Part shown: positions 9,230 to 19,072 of the stretch, in pieces
Layout: every line of letters begins with the position of its first letter
How positions within the stretch are numbered: the stretch's first letter is position 1
Sequence record: PV037725.1
Length of the DNA: 64,000 nucleotides
Reading direction: 5' to 3' (one strand)
Position numbers and translations under genes: made by a program
Notes under the pieces: model-generated
Told to the model about the DNA's origin: nothing
The model's input: the letters and a program-made list of their open reading frames with translations, nothing else
Databases searched by the model: none

Positions 9230-12200
9230 ATGGCTGATCAAAAGAAAGCTGGTATGATTTCTGGTATGTCTCCGTTAGCGGTGCTTACTGGCGACGAGCT
9301 GATGGAGGTATCTTCGCTTCAACAGGATGGTACCTGGAAAACGTTTTCTATCATCGTTAATAAGATCCGCACGAATGCTGGCCTGTCTGCGTACGAAGTT
9401 GCTGTTGTAAATGGCTTCCAAGGTACTCAGGAAGAGTGGCTTGCATCGTTGGAAGGTAAGGATGCTTACGAGGTTGCGGTAGAACAAGGTTACGCGGGTA
9501 CCAAGGCCGAATGGCTTGAATCTCTGGTAGGTGCTTCCGCTTATCAAGACGCCGTGGCTCAAGGCTACGACGGTACTCTGTCTGAGTGGTTGAATACCCT
9601 TAAAGGTCAATCGGCTTATCAAATCGCCGTGACCAATGGCTTCGTTGGAACCGAAGCACAATGGCTGGAATCCCTCAAAGGGCAGTCCGCTTATCAACTG
9701 GCTAAGGTCCTGGACCCAACAGTTGGTACTGAAGCCGAATGGTTGGCAACACTGGTTGGTAAGTCCGCTTATCAAGTAGCAGTTGATGCTGGTTTTAACG
9801 GCACTGAAGCTGCATGGTTGAAGTCCCTCGAAGGTAAGTCTGCATTCCAGATCTATCAATCTATTCCTGGGAACGAAAACAAAACTGAAGCCGAGTTCAT
9901 CGCCAGCCTGAAAGGCGCTGATGGTGAAGAAGGTCCAGAAGGTAAGTCTGCTTTCCAAGTATGGCAAGCCCTACCCGGCAACGCCGATAAGACTGAAGAC
10001 GATTACTTCGCCTTCCTGAAAGCTGACCTGACCCGTGAGAAACTGCAAGAACTGTTGGATCTTGGTCGCTATGTCACCAAGGATGCTTTCACCGTTGAAG
10101 GTGACGACAGTGGCGTGATCGCTAACGCAGGCTTCTTCAACTTCTTGTTCTTGTTCGACAAACGTATTGGTAATGAAGACAATTCGTCTCCAGCCAAAGT
10201 CCCACAACGCTCGGTTGAAATGGGTCGTATGGAAGCTGAAGGTTATTCCTACTGGAAGAACGATTCTGCTCCTACTAATGACCCAGCTGGTAAACTGCCT
10301 GCTGTACCCAATTCCGAAGTACGTCTCTATGATGACGGTCGCTTTGAGATCGGCAGTCTGACTGACTTCATTAGCTTTGGTGACGGTAGCAAAGTTACTG
10401 TAACTAACGACGAAGGTTCTACTGTTTATGACCTGGCTGAAGCTACGCAAGGTCACGACGGTAAGTCGGCATACGAAATCGCTGTTGAGAATGGCTTCGT
10501 AGGTACTGAAGCGCAATGGCTTGTATCACTGAAGGGTGAGCCCGGTACAGATGGTACCAACGGTACTAATGGCACAAACGGGACAGATGGTGAATCTGCA
10601 TATGCGATTTGGGAAAACCAGCCAGGCAACGCCGGTAAGACGGAAGATGAGTTCTTACTCAGTCTGAAAGGCGCCGACGGTAAATCCGCGTATGACATCG
10701 CAGTAGAAGAAGGTTTCGTAGGTGACGAAGCTGCCTGGTTAGCCAGCCTTAAAGGTTCAAATGGCCAATCAGCCTTCCAACTGTGGCAGGCAGTTCCAGG
10801 TAATGAAGATAAGACTGAGAGTGAGTTCTTGGCTAGCTTGGTGGGCGCTGATGGTAAATCAGCTTATCAAGTATGGTTGGCACTTCCGGGCAATGCGGGT
10901 AAAACTGAAGCTGACTTTATTGCCAGCTTGAAAGGTACTCAAGGTGCCGCTGGTCTGTCGGCTTATCAAATCTGGCTGAACGCTGGTAACACTGGTACAG
11001 AAGCACAGTTCCTTGCTAGCCTGAAAGGCGCTGCGGGTACGAACGGCACCAATGGTACTAACGGTAAAGATGGCGCAGCTATTAATGTTGTGGCTACCAT
11101 TACCCAAGCCGAGTTTGACCAAATCGTAGCGGATGGTGATGCCTTAATTGGTGACGCTTATTTCGTTGACGAGTTCATGTACGTCTACAACGGTACTGAT
11201 TGGGTTAAATCACCTTCTCTGAAAGGCCCAACTGGTTCTGGTCTGAACTACCTCGGTGTTTGGCCAGATGCACAGCAGTTACCAACAGGTCCGACTTACA
11301 ACGCCGGTGATACCTACATGTGGCGTTCTAACATGTGGACACTGATGTTGCAACCTACTCGCGCTTGGGTCGCTACTGGCGTACCTGGTCCACAGGGTAA
11401 GTCTGCATTCCAAGTGTGGCAAGAACTGCCAGGCAACGCTGGTAAAACTGAAGCCGAATTTATCGCTGCACTGAAAGGTGAACAGGGTATTGAAGGTCCA
11501 GATGGTCCGGAAGGTGAATCTGCTTTCCAAGTTTGGCAAGCGATCCCAGGAAACGAAGGTAAAACCCAAGCGCAGTTCTTCGAAGCACTGACTGGCGCCC
11601 CAGGTGAATCCGCATACGACATCTGGCTGGAACAACCAGGGAATGAAGGTAAGACTGAGGCCGAGTTCCTCGCTAGCCTGAAAGGCGCTGATGGCACCAA
11701 CGGTACTAATGGTATCGACGGTGAGAACGCTGTAGCCTTTACCATTGAAGGTCAACTGGCTGACGTATCGGAATTACCTCGTCCAGGTAATGCCACCAAA
11801 GCCTACTACGTCGGTCAGAATCTTTACGTTTGGATCGACTCGAAGGACGACTATGAGAACCTCGGTTCTCTGAACGGTGCTTCGGCTTACCAGATCTGGT
11901 TGTCTCAACCGGGTAATTCTGGTACTGAAGAGGACTTCCTCAACTCCCTGAAAGGTAAGTCTGCTTACGCCTTGGCCGTAGAAGAAGGTTTCGTAGGTAG
12001 TGAGACCGCTTGGTTGGCTAGCCTGAAGGGTACCGACGGCACCAATGGTACTAACGGTACTGATGGTACGGACGGTCGCAACCTGCAAGTCAATGGGCAA
12101 CAGGCTAATGAAGCGGCTATTAAGGCACTTCCATCTCCAGCTGACCAAGATGCTTGGGTCGCCGAAGACACTGGTAATCTGTGGATCTACAACGGTACCG

Positions 12201-14014
12201 AATGGATCGATGCTGGTCCTTTCCGTGGGGCTGCTGGTGAGAATGGTAAGTCTGCTTACGAACTGTGGGAAGAACAAGCTGGCAATGCTGGCAAGTCCGA
12301 AGCAGAGTTCTTAGCTAGCCTGAAAGGCGCTGATGGCACCAACGGTACTAATGGTACTGATGGCGTGGATGGCCAGTCAACCTACGAGCTGTGGCTTGAG
12401 CAACCAGGTAACGCTGGTAAGTCAGAAGCAGAGTTCCTTGAATCTATCAAGGGTGCCGCTGGTAAGGACGGGACTAATGGTACGAACGGTACCAATGGTC
12501 GTAACGTTGTTATCAAAGGTTCCGTAGACGATGAAGCCGCCCTCGGCACTATCGTCAACCCACAACAGCAAGATGCCTACACCACTCGTGATTTGGGTAT
12601 CCTGTTCATGTACATTGGTACTACCTGGACTAACCTCGGTCAGTTCCGTGGTGACCAAGGTATTCAGGGTGAACAAGGCGTAGCTGGTCAAGGTTTGATC
12701 ATCGTTGCTGAAGTTGAGTTGTTGACTGATCGTCCATCTCCAGCTACGCTAGAACCAGGTCAAGCTGTATTCGTACTCGAAGATCATCGCCTGTATCAGG
12801 TGAATGACGCTAACGTTTACGGTCCAGGTATCTTGATCCAAGGTCCACAAGGTGAAGAAGGTCCTGAGGGTAAACAAGGTGCGACTGGTACATCCATCAG
12901 CATCATGGGCTCTTACGCCAACGCAGCTGACCTGATCGCTGCACACCCTACTGGTAATCCCGGTGAAGGTTATCTGGTTGGTAACGACCTGTACCTCTAC
13001 GGTGTGAACCCAACTGGTGGTGCTACAGAATGGTTTAACGCTGGTCAAGTTCGTGGCCCACAAGGTGAGCAAGGTGTTCCAGGTCCTCGTGGCTTGCGTG
13101 GTCTCATCGGTGAAACTGGTCAACGTGGTTCGCTGTGGTTGGTTCTTCCACCAGGCGTTGACACTCCTACTGCTGACTACGGTCGTCCAGGCGACTGGGC
13201 TGTCAACTCGCAGTTCGATTCGTTCTATCGCGATGAAGCAACTGGTTGGGGTCTCATCGGTCGTCTGGTTGCAGGTGACGTTAACTCGCCACTGCCAGGT
13301 CTGGGTAAAGTGGTCCGTGAAGGTAATCAGTGGGTTGCTCTGCCAATCGACGAAGTACCATCTCCAACAGTTGACGCTCAATACGTACGTAAGGGTGTTA
13401 CTGGTGGTAAGACTGAGTGGGCTCTATTGTCCATCCCGTCTTCGGGTATTCCAGATGTACCAGCTAGCACCACTATCCCACAAGGTCGTACTTCGGCTGG
13501 CTGGACTGCGGTAATGGCTGCTCCAACTGGTCAAACCGCTGGTCGTCGCTACGAACTGTTGAACGGTGCATGGACTCAGTCGGCTGTTCAGGCTGCTGCT
13601 CCTTCTACTGTTGATACCGCACTGTGCTACTCTGTAACATCAGCTGGAGTCGGTTCGTGGGTTGGTGTAACATTCGATCGTTACTCGTTGAAACAGGATA
13701 CAGCTGCCCGTCAAGGTGCATTCACTCCTGACTTCGCGGTACAACAGACCTTCCGTATTAACGGTGGGACTGGTTCGACTGCTACTGCTGTAACACTGCC
13801 AGCTGGCGCTACTGCACGTACGATGTTGGCCGTGTTTGTAGTCGAAGGTAATACTAACAAGTTGTCCTTCGTGGCTGGTACCGGTACCCCTACTCTGGGT
13901 TACAACAACGGTGTTGCTGCGGCAGATATCGAGTACGGCGCTACCCAGACTGTGATTACTGCATTCTGGAACGGCTTCGGTACTTGGATCATCTCCAAAG
14001 GTCCATCGTTCTAA
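9230..14014 (+). CDS. Large tail fibre with GKSAY/F repeat modules and collagen-like G-X-Y runs (phiKZ gp145/146-like)
   Basis: ATG 9230 after AAGGA. More than 15 copies of G(K/E/Q)SA(Y/F)xxxxxxG...TEAxWL/FLxSLxG, GTNGTNGTDG and GPQGEQG triplet runs, and a globular C-terminal domain. Confidence 0.85.
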   Translation: MADQKKAGMISGMSPLAVLTGDELMEVSSLQQDGTWKTFSIIVNKIRTNAGLSAYEVAVVNGFQGTQEEWLASLEGKDAYEVAVEQGYAGTKAEWLESLVGASAYQDAVAQGYDGTLSEWLNTLKGQSAYQIAVTNGFVGTEAQWLESLKGQSAYQLAKVLDPTVGTEAEWLATLVGKSAYQVAVDAGFNGTEAAWLKSLEGKSAFQIYQSIPGNENKTEAEFIASLKGADGEEGPEGKSAFQVWQALPGNADKTEDDYFAFLKADLTREKLQELLDLGRYVTKDAFTVEGDDSGVIANAGFFNFLFLFDKRIGNEDNSSPAKVPQRSVEMGRMEAEGYSYWKNDSAPTNDPAGKLPAVPNSEVRLYDDGRFEIGSLTDFISFGDGSKVTVTNDEGSTVYDLAEATQGHDGKSAYEIAVENGFVGTEAQWLVSLKGEPGTDGTNGTNGTNGTDGESAYAIWENQPGNAGKTEDEFLLSLKGADGKSAYDIAVEEGFVGDEAAWLASLKGSNGQSAFQLWQAVPGNEDKTESEFLASLVGADGKSAYQVWLALPGNAGKTEADFIASLKGTQGAAGLSAYQIWLNAGNTGTEAQFLASLKGAAGTNGTNGTNGKDGAAINVVATITQAEFDQIVADGDALIGDAYFVDEFMYVYNGTDWVKSPSLKGPTGSGLNYLGVWPDAQQLPTGPTYNAGDTYMWRSNMWTLMLQPTRAWVATGVPGPQGKSAFQVWQELPGNAGKTEAEFIAALKGEQGIEGPDGPEGESAFQVWQAIPGNEGKTQAQFFEALTGAPGESAYDIWLEQPGNEGKTEAEFLASLKGADGTNGTNGIDGENAVAFTIEGQLADVSELPRPGNATKAYYVGQNLYVWIDSKDDYENLGSLNGASAYQIWLSQPGNSGTEEDFLNSLKGKSAYALAVEEGFVGSETAWLASLKGTDGTNGTNGTDGTDGRNLQVNGQQANEAAIKALPSPADQDAWVAEDTGNLWIYNGTEWIDAGPFRGAAGENGKSAYELWEEQAGNAGKSEAEFLASLKGADGTNGTNGTDGVDGQSTYELWLEQPGNAGKSEAEFLESIKGAAGKDGTNGTNGTNGRNVVIKGSVDDEAALGTIVNPQQQDAYTTRDLGILFMYIGTTWTNLGQFRGDQGIQGEQGVAGQGLIIVAEVELLTDRPSPATLEPGQAVFVLEDHRLYQVNDANVYGPGILIQGPQGEEGPEGKQGATGTSISIMGSYANAADLIAAHPTGNPGEGYLVGNDLYLYGVNPTGGATEWFNAGQVRGPQGEQGVPGPRGLRGLIGETGQRGSLWLVLPPGVDTPTADYGRPGDWAVNSQFDSFYRDEATGWGLIGRLVAGDVNSPLPGLGKVVREGNQWVALPIDEVPSPTVDAQYVRKGVTGGKTEWALLSIPSSGIPDVPASTTIPQGRTSAGWTAVMAAPTGQTAGRRYELLNGAWTQSAVQAAAPSTVDTALCYSVTSAGVGSWVGVTFDRYSLKQDTAARQGAFTPDFAVQQTFRINGGTGSTATAVTLPAGATARTMLAVFVVEGNTNKLSFVAGTGTPTLGYNNGVAAADIEYGATQTVITAFWNGFGTWIISKGPSF
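11672..11714 (+). repeat. 43-nt perfect direct repeat inside the fibre gene, copy 1
   Basis: GCTAGCCTGAAAGGCGCTGATGGCACCAACGGTACTAATGGTA, identical to 12314..12356. Confidence 0.9.
12314..12356 (+). repeat. 43-nt perfect direct repeat inside the fibre gene, copy 2
   Basis: Identical to 11672..11714. Confidence 0.9.
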
Positions 14015-14018
14015 GACA

Positions 14019-14056
14019 ACATATTGCCCCTCCCGTAAAGGAGGGGCTTTATGCCG
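14019..14056. terminator. Terminator hairpin between convergent genes, probably bidirectional
   Basis: ACATATT-GCCCCTCC-CGTAAA-GGAGGGGC-TTTATGCCG. Confidence 0.8.
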
Positions 14057-14782
14057 TTACTTACCGTGTACGTTTATAACGCTGAAATACTTTGCATCGA
14101 TAAACTCAAAGTCCATGTGCAATAGGTTCAGCATTCGGAACGCGGTTAACGCCGCTTGCTTCTGATCAACTGGTGTCTCACTGACGTCCTGTTCAAAGAT
14201 CTTAGGTGCAATGAAATTGAAACAGTTCAGCTTAACCTTTTCAAGTTCAGTGCTATGTAACTTAATCCATTCTGGGAAGTCATACATTACACAAGCTGCA
14301 AAGTTCTCATTCATCAACTGTGGAGTAAGTTGAGTCATAGGGATACTTACTAACTCGACTGACAACGATTCACCATACAACTGATGCATGATATCTTCAA
14401 GCCAATCGATCTCAACTGAGTTCAGCTTATATGGCCAGTAGTTAACAGTTAGCCCCACTGAGGTCATTGGGTCAGCCATCTGGTTAAGACGGTTGATATG
14501 ATCGTCTGTCAACAACCTCAAGATAAACGGTACGATACCTGTACGGATAGACCCAGCAAGCGTAGCTTTGGTATTATCACCACCGCGCTCCGCGTAAGCA
14601 ACAGCAAACTCTTCGTTGGTGATGAGGCCACCGCTCAGCACACTCCAGAAGTCATTTTCACGTATCCAGTATTCTGGATTACTGATTACGGCGAGTGCCG
14701 CATCTGGATTAACGCGGTTGATCGTACCCAAGCGGGTATCTAGATGGATGTCTAGTGGTGTTAGGATACGTTTAATCTGCAT
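14057..14782 (-). CDS. Conserved hypothetical protein (phiKZ gp147-like by synteny)
   Basis: 241-aa ORF tightly packed with the upstream genes; no recognisable motif. Confidence 0.55.
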   Translation of the reverse strand: MQIKRILTPLDIHLDTRLGTINRVNPDAALAVISNPEYWIRENDFWSVLSGGLITNEEFAVAYAERGGDNTKATLAGSIRTGIVPFILRLLTDDHINRLNQMADPMTSVGLTVNYWPYKLNSVEIDWLEDIMHQLYGESLSVELVSIPMTQLTPQLMNENFAACVMYDFPEWIKLHSTELEKVKLNCFNFIAPKIFEQDVSETPVDQKQAALTAFRMLNLLHMDFEFIDAKYFSVINVHGK

Positions 14783-14786
14783 TTAC

Positions 14787-15257
14787 TTACCCCTTACCAT
14801 CGGCAGGCTTATATTCAGCAGCAGTTTCAAGTACTACGCGCATGTTAGTAGTCGCATAGATAACAAAGAACAACCAGTAGTTGTCCTTTAAGATCTTAGC
14901 CAATGTGGTTTGATCGACAGCCTTACCAATTGTCTCATCGTCGACAATCATACTCGCTGAAGTAAACGGAATAAGTCGATTAACCATTTGATCGATGACT
15001 GTATCAATATCGTCTACACCCTGTAAGAAAGTAGCCGTAGTACTAATCAGAGTTTGTTGCATCGAGGCTGGTGCACGCAGCTTTTCCCACACGTATTTCT
15101 CAACGTACTTGGAATCCATCATGATCAAGTTGAGATCTGAGCGAATACTATCAAATACTTCAATGAGTTTTGTACTGTGAATAAGATCCTCGCTGAGGAA
15201 CAATTCATGAATGGCTTCAACTAAAGCCGCTCGCATCTGTTTGTTAGCTTCGTACAT
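14787..15257 (-). CDS. Hypothetical protein (phiKZ gp148-like by synteny)
   Basis: ATG at 15257, directly after the TAA of the RNAP fragment gene. This start avoids the 119-nt overlap of the track start. Confidence 0.55.
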   Translation of the reverse strand: MYEANKQMRAALVEAIHELFLSEDLIHSTKLIEVFDSIRSDLNLIMMDSKYVEKYVWEKLRAPASMQQTLISTTATFLQGVDDIDTVIDQMVNRLIPFTSASMIVDDETIGKAVDQTTLAKILKDNYWLFFVIYATTNMRVVLETAAEYKPADGKG

Positions 15258-15258
15258 A

Positions 15259-15933
15259 TTAAACCAAGTTGTTAGCCAAGTGCTGAGCCTTGAGATATAC
15301 CGAGAGAGTCTTGTTTGACTTAACGGTAGAATCGAACTCAGACATAATGGAGTTAATGGAAGCTTCACCAGTTTCAATGATGGAGCGGTTCATAGCCAAG
15401 TAAGCATCTTCATCACCACCACGACATTTGATCAATTCACGGATCATACTGTGCAGACCTTTAGATGCGTTCACCTGAAGCTCTGGAGCGGACAATCTAG
15501 CGCCTTTAGAGTCGCCAGTAGGCTGACCTGTACGTTGATCGACAACGTGGTTAGAAGAAGGGATAGAGGCCTTCTTGACAAGCATCTGTACTTGTCTACG
15601 GAACGGTACAATACCCACCATGTGTTTGTTGGCAGTTCGGTACACTTGACCAGTTTGTTGGTCAGTAAGGATCAGATGCTGGAAAAGTTCAAACTCAAGC
15701 TCATCGGCAATCTCATAGATGCGAGTCATCTGCAATGTTTGTTCTTGCAGGTTAGGTGCATAGAGAGCCATGATCTCAACATCGGATTCCAGATTGGTAA
15801 TCCACTGCTCGAACTCTTTGTCAGACATCCGTTCGAACAGTTCTTCGTACACCTTCCCGTTATTAGAACCGGGAAGGAATTTCTCAATAAAATAAAGGGC
15901 CTCTTTTTCAGCGGCCTTACGATCAGTTGCCAT
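15259..15933 (-). CDS. Virion RNA polymerase beta subunit, C-terminal fragment (phiKZ gp149-like)
   Basis: RRQVQMLVKKASIPSSNHVVDQRTGQPTGDSKGARLSAPE matches the beta C-terminal HxVxDKxHARSxGP..TQQP..G..GGQRFGEME region. Confidence 0.8.
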   Translation of the reverse strand: MATDRKAAEKEALYFIEKFLPGSNNGKVYEELFERMSDKEFEQWITNLESDVEIMALYAPNLQEQTLQMTRIYEIADELEFELFQHLILTDQQTGQVYRTANKHMVGIVPFRRQVQMLVKKASIPSSNHVVDQRTGQPTGDSKGARLSAPELQVNASKGLHSMIRELIKCRGGDEDAYLAMNRSIIETGEASINSIMSEFDSTVKSNKTLSVYLKAQHLANNLV

Positions 15934-15954
15934 GTGCTAGCTCCAGTTAATGAT

Positions 15955-16281
15955 TCATAGGATAGAATCTTTGGACTGGCACTGATACATTGGAGCGGCA
16001 GCTGTATCGGTGCAAGCTGGTAATCTACGCTTACTTAAGTAAGGGAGAACATTGGCATTGAAACTAGTTATCCAATGGTCGAACGAATCTGTGTCCAGTA
16101 GAGCAGACCTGACTTTAAGTGTGTCAGCAGCGTACTGGGCGATCATGCCATGAAAGAAATTGTTCAGGCAAGCAATAGTGGAACAAGAACCCATCCGTCG
16201 ATAGACGTCTTCAGATAGTTCAACGTCACGGCTTCGCAAAGTCGTAACTAATAGCATTTTATAATCAGGTTGGATACTCAT
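15955..16281 (-). CDS. Hypothetical protein
   Basis: 108-aa ORF packed in the operon. Confidence 0.5.
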   Translation of the reverse strand: MSIQPDYKMLLVTTLRSRDVELSEDVYRRMGSCSTIACLNNFFHGMIAQYAADTLKVRSALLDTDSFDHWITSFNANVLPYLSKRRLPACTDTAAAPMYQCQSKDSIL

Positions 16282-16289
16282 ACGGAAAC

Positions 16290-16637
16290 CTACTTTATCT
16301 CACCACGGTAGATACACTCCGTGTGTTTGTCTAAAAACTTAACTAATAAATGTCGGTGACAAAATTTGCCACGTGGGCAGTAACAACCGACAGCCAATAC
16401 TTCTACATTAAATAGCTCATCAAAGTATTCTGGAAATTCGATGAGCCTTTCCTCTAGCAACCTGTTGTAGCCCTCGGTGTATTCGGCTTCAGTTCCACCG
16501 TTGTACTTATAAGCTGTCAACAGTTCCCACGTGGGAGCTAACATCCAATCACCGGACTTAATTGTGGTGTCCATGTAAGGAACACCTAAGTCTCTAACCT
16601 TCCGCCATTGTGACAGCTGATAAGTATAAACTTCCAT
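16290..16637 (-). CDS. DUF488-like protein
   Basis: LAPTWELL...Y...L and GCYCPRGKFCHRHLL (C-x-C-x5-CHR) pattern. Confidence 0.6.
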   Translation of the reverse strand: MEVYTYQLSQWRKVRDLGVPYMDTTIKSGDWMLAPTWELLTAYKYNGGTEAEYTEGYNRLLEERLIEFPEYFDELFNVEVLAVGCYCPRGKFCHRHLLVKFLDKHTECIYRGEIK

Positions 16638-16639
16638 GA

Positions 16640-17503
16640 CTATGCCTCGTCAACACCATACTTAGCTTCGTATTCAACGTGAGTTAAAGCTTCAATCAGA
16701 TTACCATCGTCATCGAATACTTCAAACTGTAGTTCTCCACCACCGTACACAACACACACGGGTAGATACTTAGACTTGACTACCTGTTTAACCTTACGTT
16801 GTTGGCGGGCCTCGATCAATGGGTCTAACACACTGTCCAGTTTTACTAGATCTTCAGTAGACAGTTCACCCAAAGCATCGATAATACCGTCCAAGCTACG
16901 GTAGTAAGCCGTACGGTCATCATAACGTAAGCGAGGTCGTTCGCGATCTTCCCGTGTAAACCAACGAGGGCATGGTACCTCACCAGCCTTAATGATCCTT
17001 GGATTACCCGCAGTGTCAAGAATAATGTCACCTTTACGATGCTCAAAGATGATTTGTTTAACACCATCAATTTCAGCAACTACAATCTTACCACTAGTCT
17101 CCCGTTTAGGGATATCGCGGTAATAGCGTTCATATTGAATCTCTGGAATGGCATTTTCGATTACTTTACCCTCAGGTTCACGTGGGATATGGGTCTCGTT
17201 ACCATGGCCGTCAATTTCAATTGGCATGTCTACTTCCTTAATCGGGATTGCTCGGTTGGCGTAGTTGAGTCTCAAGTCACCTTTACGGTGCTTAATAGTT
17301 GTTCTAAAACCAAAGATGTAGTTGTATTCATCACGAGTGTAACGCTCGTGTTCGGTAGAGCACCACGGTACAGGCTTCATATTTTTGTCAAGCACCGTTT
17401 CACCCACCACTACTTCATGGGGTCCCCGTCTTGCAACTCGATGATACTCATACTTTCTAGGCGGTATTGCAATTAACCCACCAGCTCCGATTTCATAGAT
17501 CAT
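16640..17503 (-). CDS. Hypothetical protein with an internal HRKGD repeat
   Basis: ATG 17503 after AAAGG. KHRKGDLRLNYANRAIPIK and EHRKGDIILDTAGNPRIIK. Confidence 0.5.
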   Translation of the reverse strand: MIYEIGAGGLIAIPPRKYEYHRVARRGPHEVVVGETVLDKNMKPVPWCSTEHERYTRDEYNYIFGFRTTIKHRKGDLRLNYANRAIPIKEVDMPIEIDGHGNETHIPREPEGKVIENAIPEIQYERYYRDIPKRETSGKIVVAEIDGVKQIIFEHRKGDIILDTAGNPRIIKAGEVPCPRWFTREDRERPRLRYDDRTAYYRSLDGIIDALGELSTEDLVKLDSVLDPLIEARQQRKVKQVVKSKYLPVCVVYGGGELQFEVFDDDGNLIEALTHVEYEAKYGVDEA

Positions 17504-17559
17504 AACTAGCCTTTCGCTTAGATAGATCCGCACCGTAGCGCGGATCAGTGTCTGTATAC

Positions 17560-19044
17560 TCAGGCGGCTTTGGTTTGGGTCGCAGTGCCCTTAGCAAGCG
17601 CCAGAGGAGTGATTGCTGCTTTCTCGGCATCAGTCATCCAGTAAGGTTTGTAAAGACCCTTACGCATGCGCATGAGGTCGTAGGTGGAAAGGAACTTCTT
17701 CTCAACGAGATGTTCATCTTCTTCACACATCCAGTAACCGCGAGTTTTGTTAAGGATCACATCCCAATCATAACCCATCGCCTTCAGGTCTTCATACAAC
17801 GCTTTAGGTGTGCAGACTTCTTCTGGATTGTCGGTAGGACCAGAGGTAGGCTCAAGTACCCAGCGTTGGAATACCATCAGTTGCAGCATCTCAGATTGGA
17901 TCTCAACAGCACGACGAAGTGCAGCAGACTCTTCCAACTTCTTACGTACGGTAGTCCGCGAGAGTTTCAGATCTGGTACCAGCTCAACGAAGTAGTTCAT
18001 CAGGTTACCACCAATACCCCAATCCGCTTCTTTGCAGTAGTCGAATTCGGACAGAGCTGGTTTGATACCTTCAGACTGAGCTACCAGAATGTTGAATGGC
18101 AGGTCAGAGATACCGTTCTTACCCCGCAGGTTCTTGATTTCCAGGCAACGTAGGTCAGAGTCACCTTGAATAGCGGTAGCATTATCCAGAGGGTACTGTG
18201 GCATCTTGTCTTTGTTAAGCAATGGCTTGTTAGACAAAATTTCCCAGACGTTGTTAGGGAGCGAGTAGAAGCCGTTAGACACACCAGCAATAGTTGTACC
18301 TTTCTTTTGCCCAGACAACTTACGTTTGTCAGCAGCATACGGGTCCATCTCAATCACGTCAGCAACGTGAGCGGTGAGTAGCATGTAGGTGTTAGACTTC
18401 GCACACAGTTGTGGGAGCTGACCGAACAACTGAGCCTTAGCTTTACCGTTAGCCATAGCGTCCATGTTCAGACCACCGCTACCGATAGCGTGCTTGTCGT
18501 ACATCGTAGCTACAGCACTAACTTGGAACTTGGAGAACGAGTCAATGAACCCAACTGTTGGATACAGGAACTTCTTAGAGTTACCATTGATATCCAAGAA
18601 CGGTGTAGTGCGCAGGTAGGTCTTGGATTCTTTCTCTTTGACACCCAGCGAGTCACGGAACAGCTTGAAGAACTCATCACCGCTGTAACGGGACAAGTCG
18701 GTAAAGGTAAACTGTTCGTCATTGATCCAATCAATCTCACGGAGTTCATCGTAATGCTCACCAATAGTCGCCAGACGACTGTATGGGGCAAGTGTACCTT
18801 CTGTATCGTAAGTCAGTGCATAGCTGCCTGGGAAGGCACGTCGAACCATTGCAAGCATGTACATGCAGATGGCTGACTTAAAGTTGTTTGGACGAGAGCT
18901 AACGCCGGTCAGCGACCCTAATCCACCGTTGAGAATCATCTCACCGTGTTTACCTTGTTCGTATTTACCTGTTGGGATATCCATCAGGCCCCCGATATTC
19001 AGTCCAGGACGGAATGCCGGTTTTTCAAAATGGTTTGCAAACAT
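17560..19044 (-). CDS. uvsX: UvsX/RecA-like recombinase (phiKZ gp152-like)
   Basis: RecA-fold order: NIGGLMDI...GGL, variant P-loop SRPNNFKS, YDTEGT, Walker B FIDSFS, LLTAHV. Synteny with RNase H and gp153-like genes. Confidence 0.75.
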   Translation of the reverse strand: MFANHFEKPAFRPGLNIGGLMDIPTGKYEQGKHGEMILNGGLGSLTGVSSRPNNFKSAICMYMLAMVRRAFPGSYALTYDTEGTLAPYSRLATIGEHYDELREIDWINDEQFTFTDLSRYSGDEFFKLFRDSLGVKEKESKTYLRTTPFLDINGNSKKFLYPTVGFIDSFSKFQVSAVATMYDKHAIGSGGLNMDAMANGKAKAQLFGQLPQLCAKSNTYMLLTAHVADVIEMDPYAADKRKLSGQKKGTTIAGVSNGFYSLPNNVWEILSNKPLLNKDKMPQYPLDNATAIQGDSDLRCLEIKNLRGKNGISDLPFNILVAQSEGIKPALSEFDYCKEADWGIGGNLMNYFVELVPDLKLSRTTVRKKLEESAALRRAVEIQSEMLQLMVFQRWVLEPTSGPTDNPEEVCTPKALYEDLKAMGYDWDVILNKTRGYWMCEEDEHLVEKKFLSTYDLMRMRKGLYKPYWMTDAEKAAITPLALAKGTATQTKAA

Positions 19045-19072
19045 TTTTGAGTTTTCCTTTAGAGTGTATAGA

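Noticed and set aside
10540-12500. Regularly recurring GGTAC(T/C)AA(T/C)GG-type repeats that could suggest a CRISPR array or minisatellite
   Set aside because: They are in-frame GTN/GTD codons of the fibre's collagen-like runs, with no constant repeat-spacer period.
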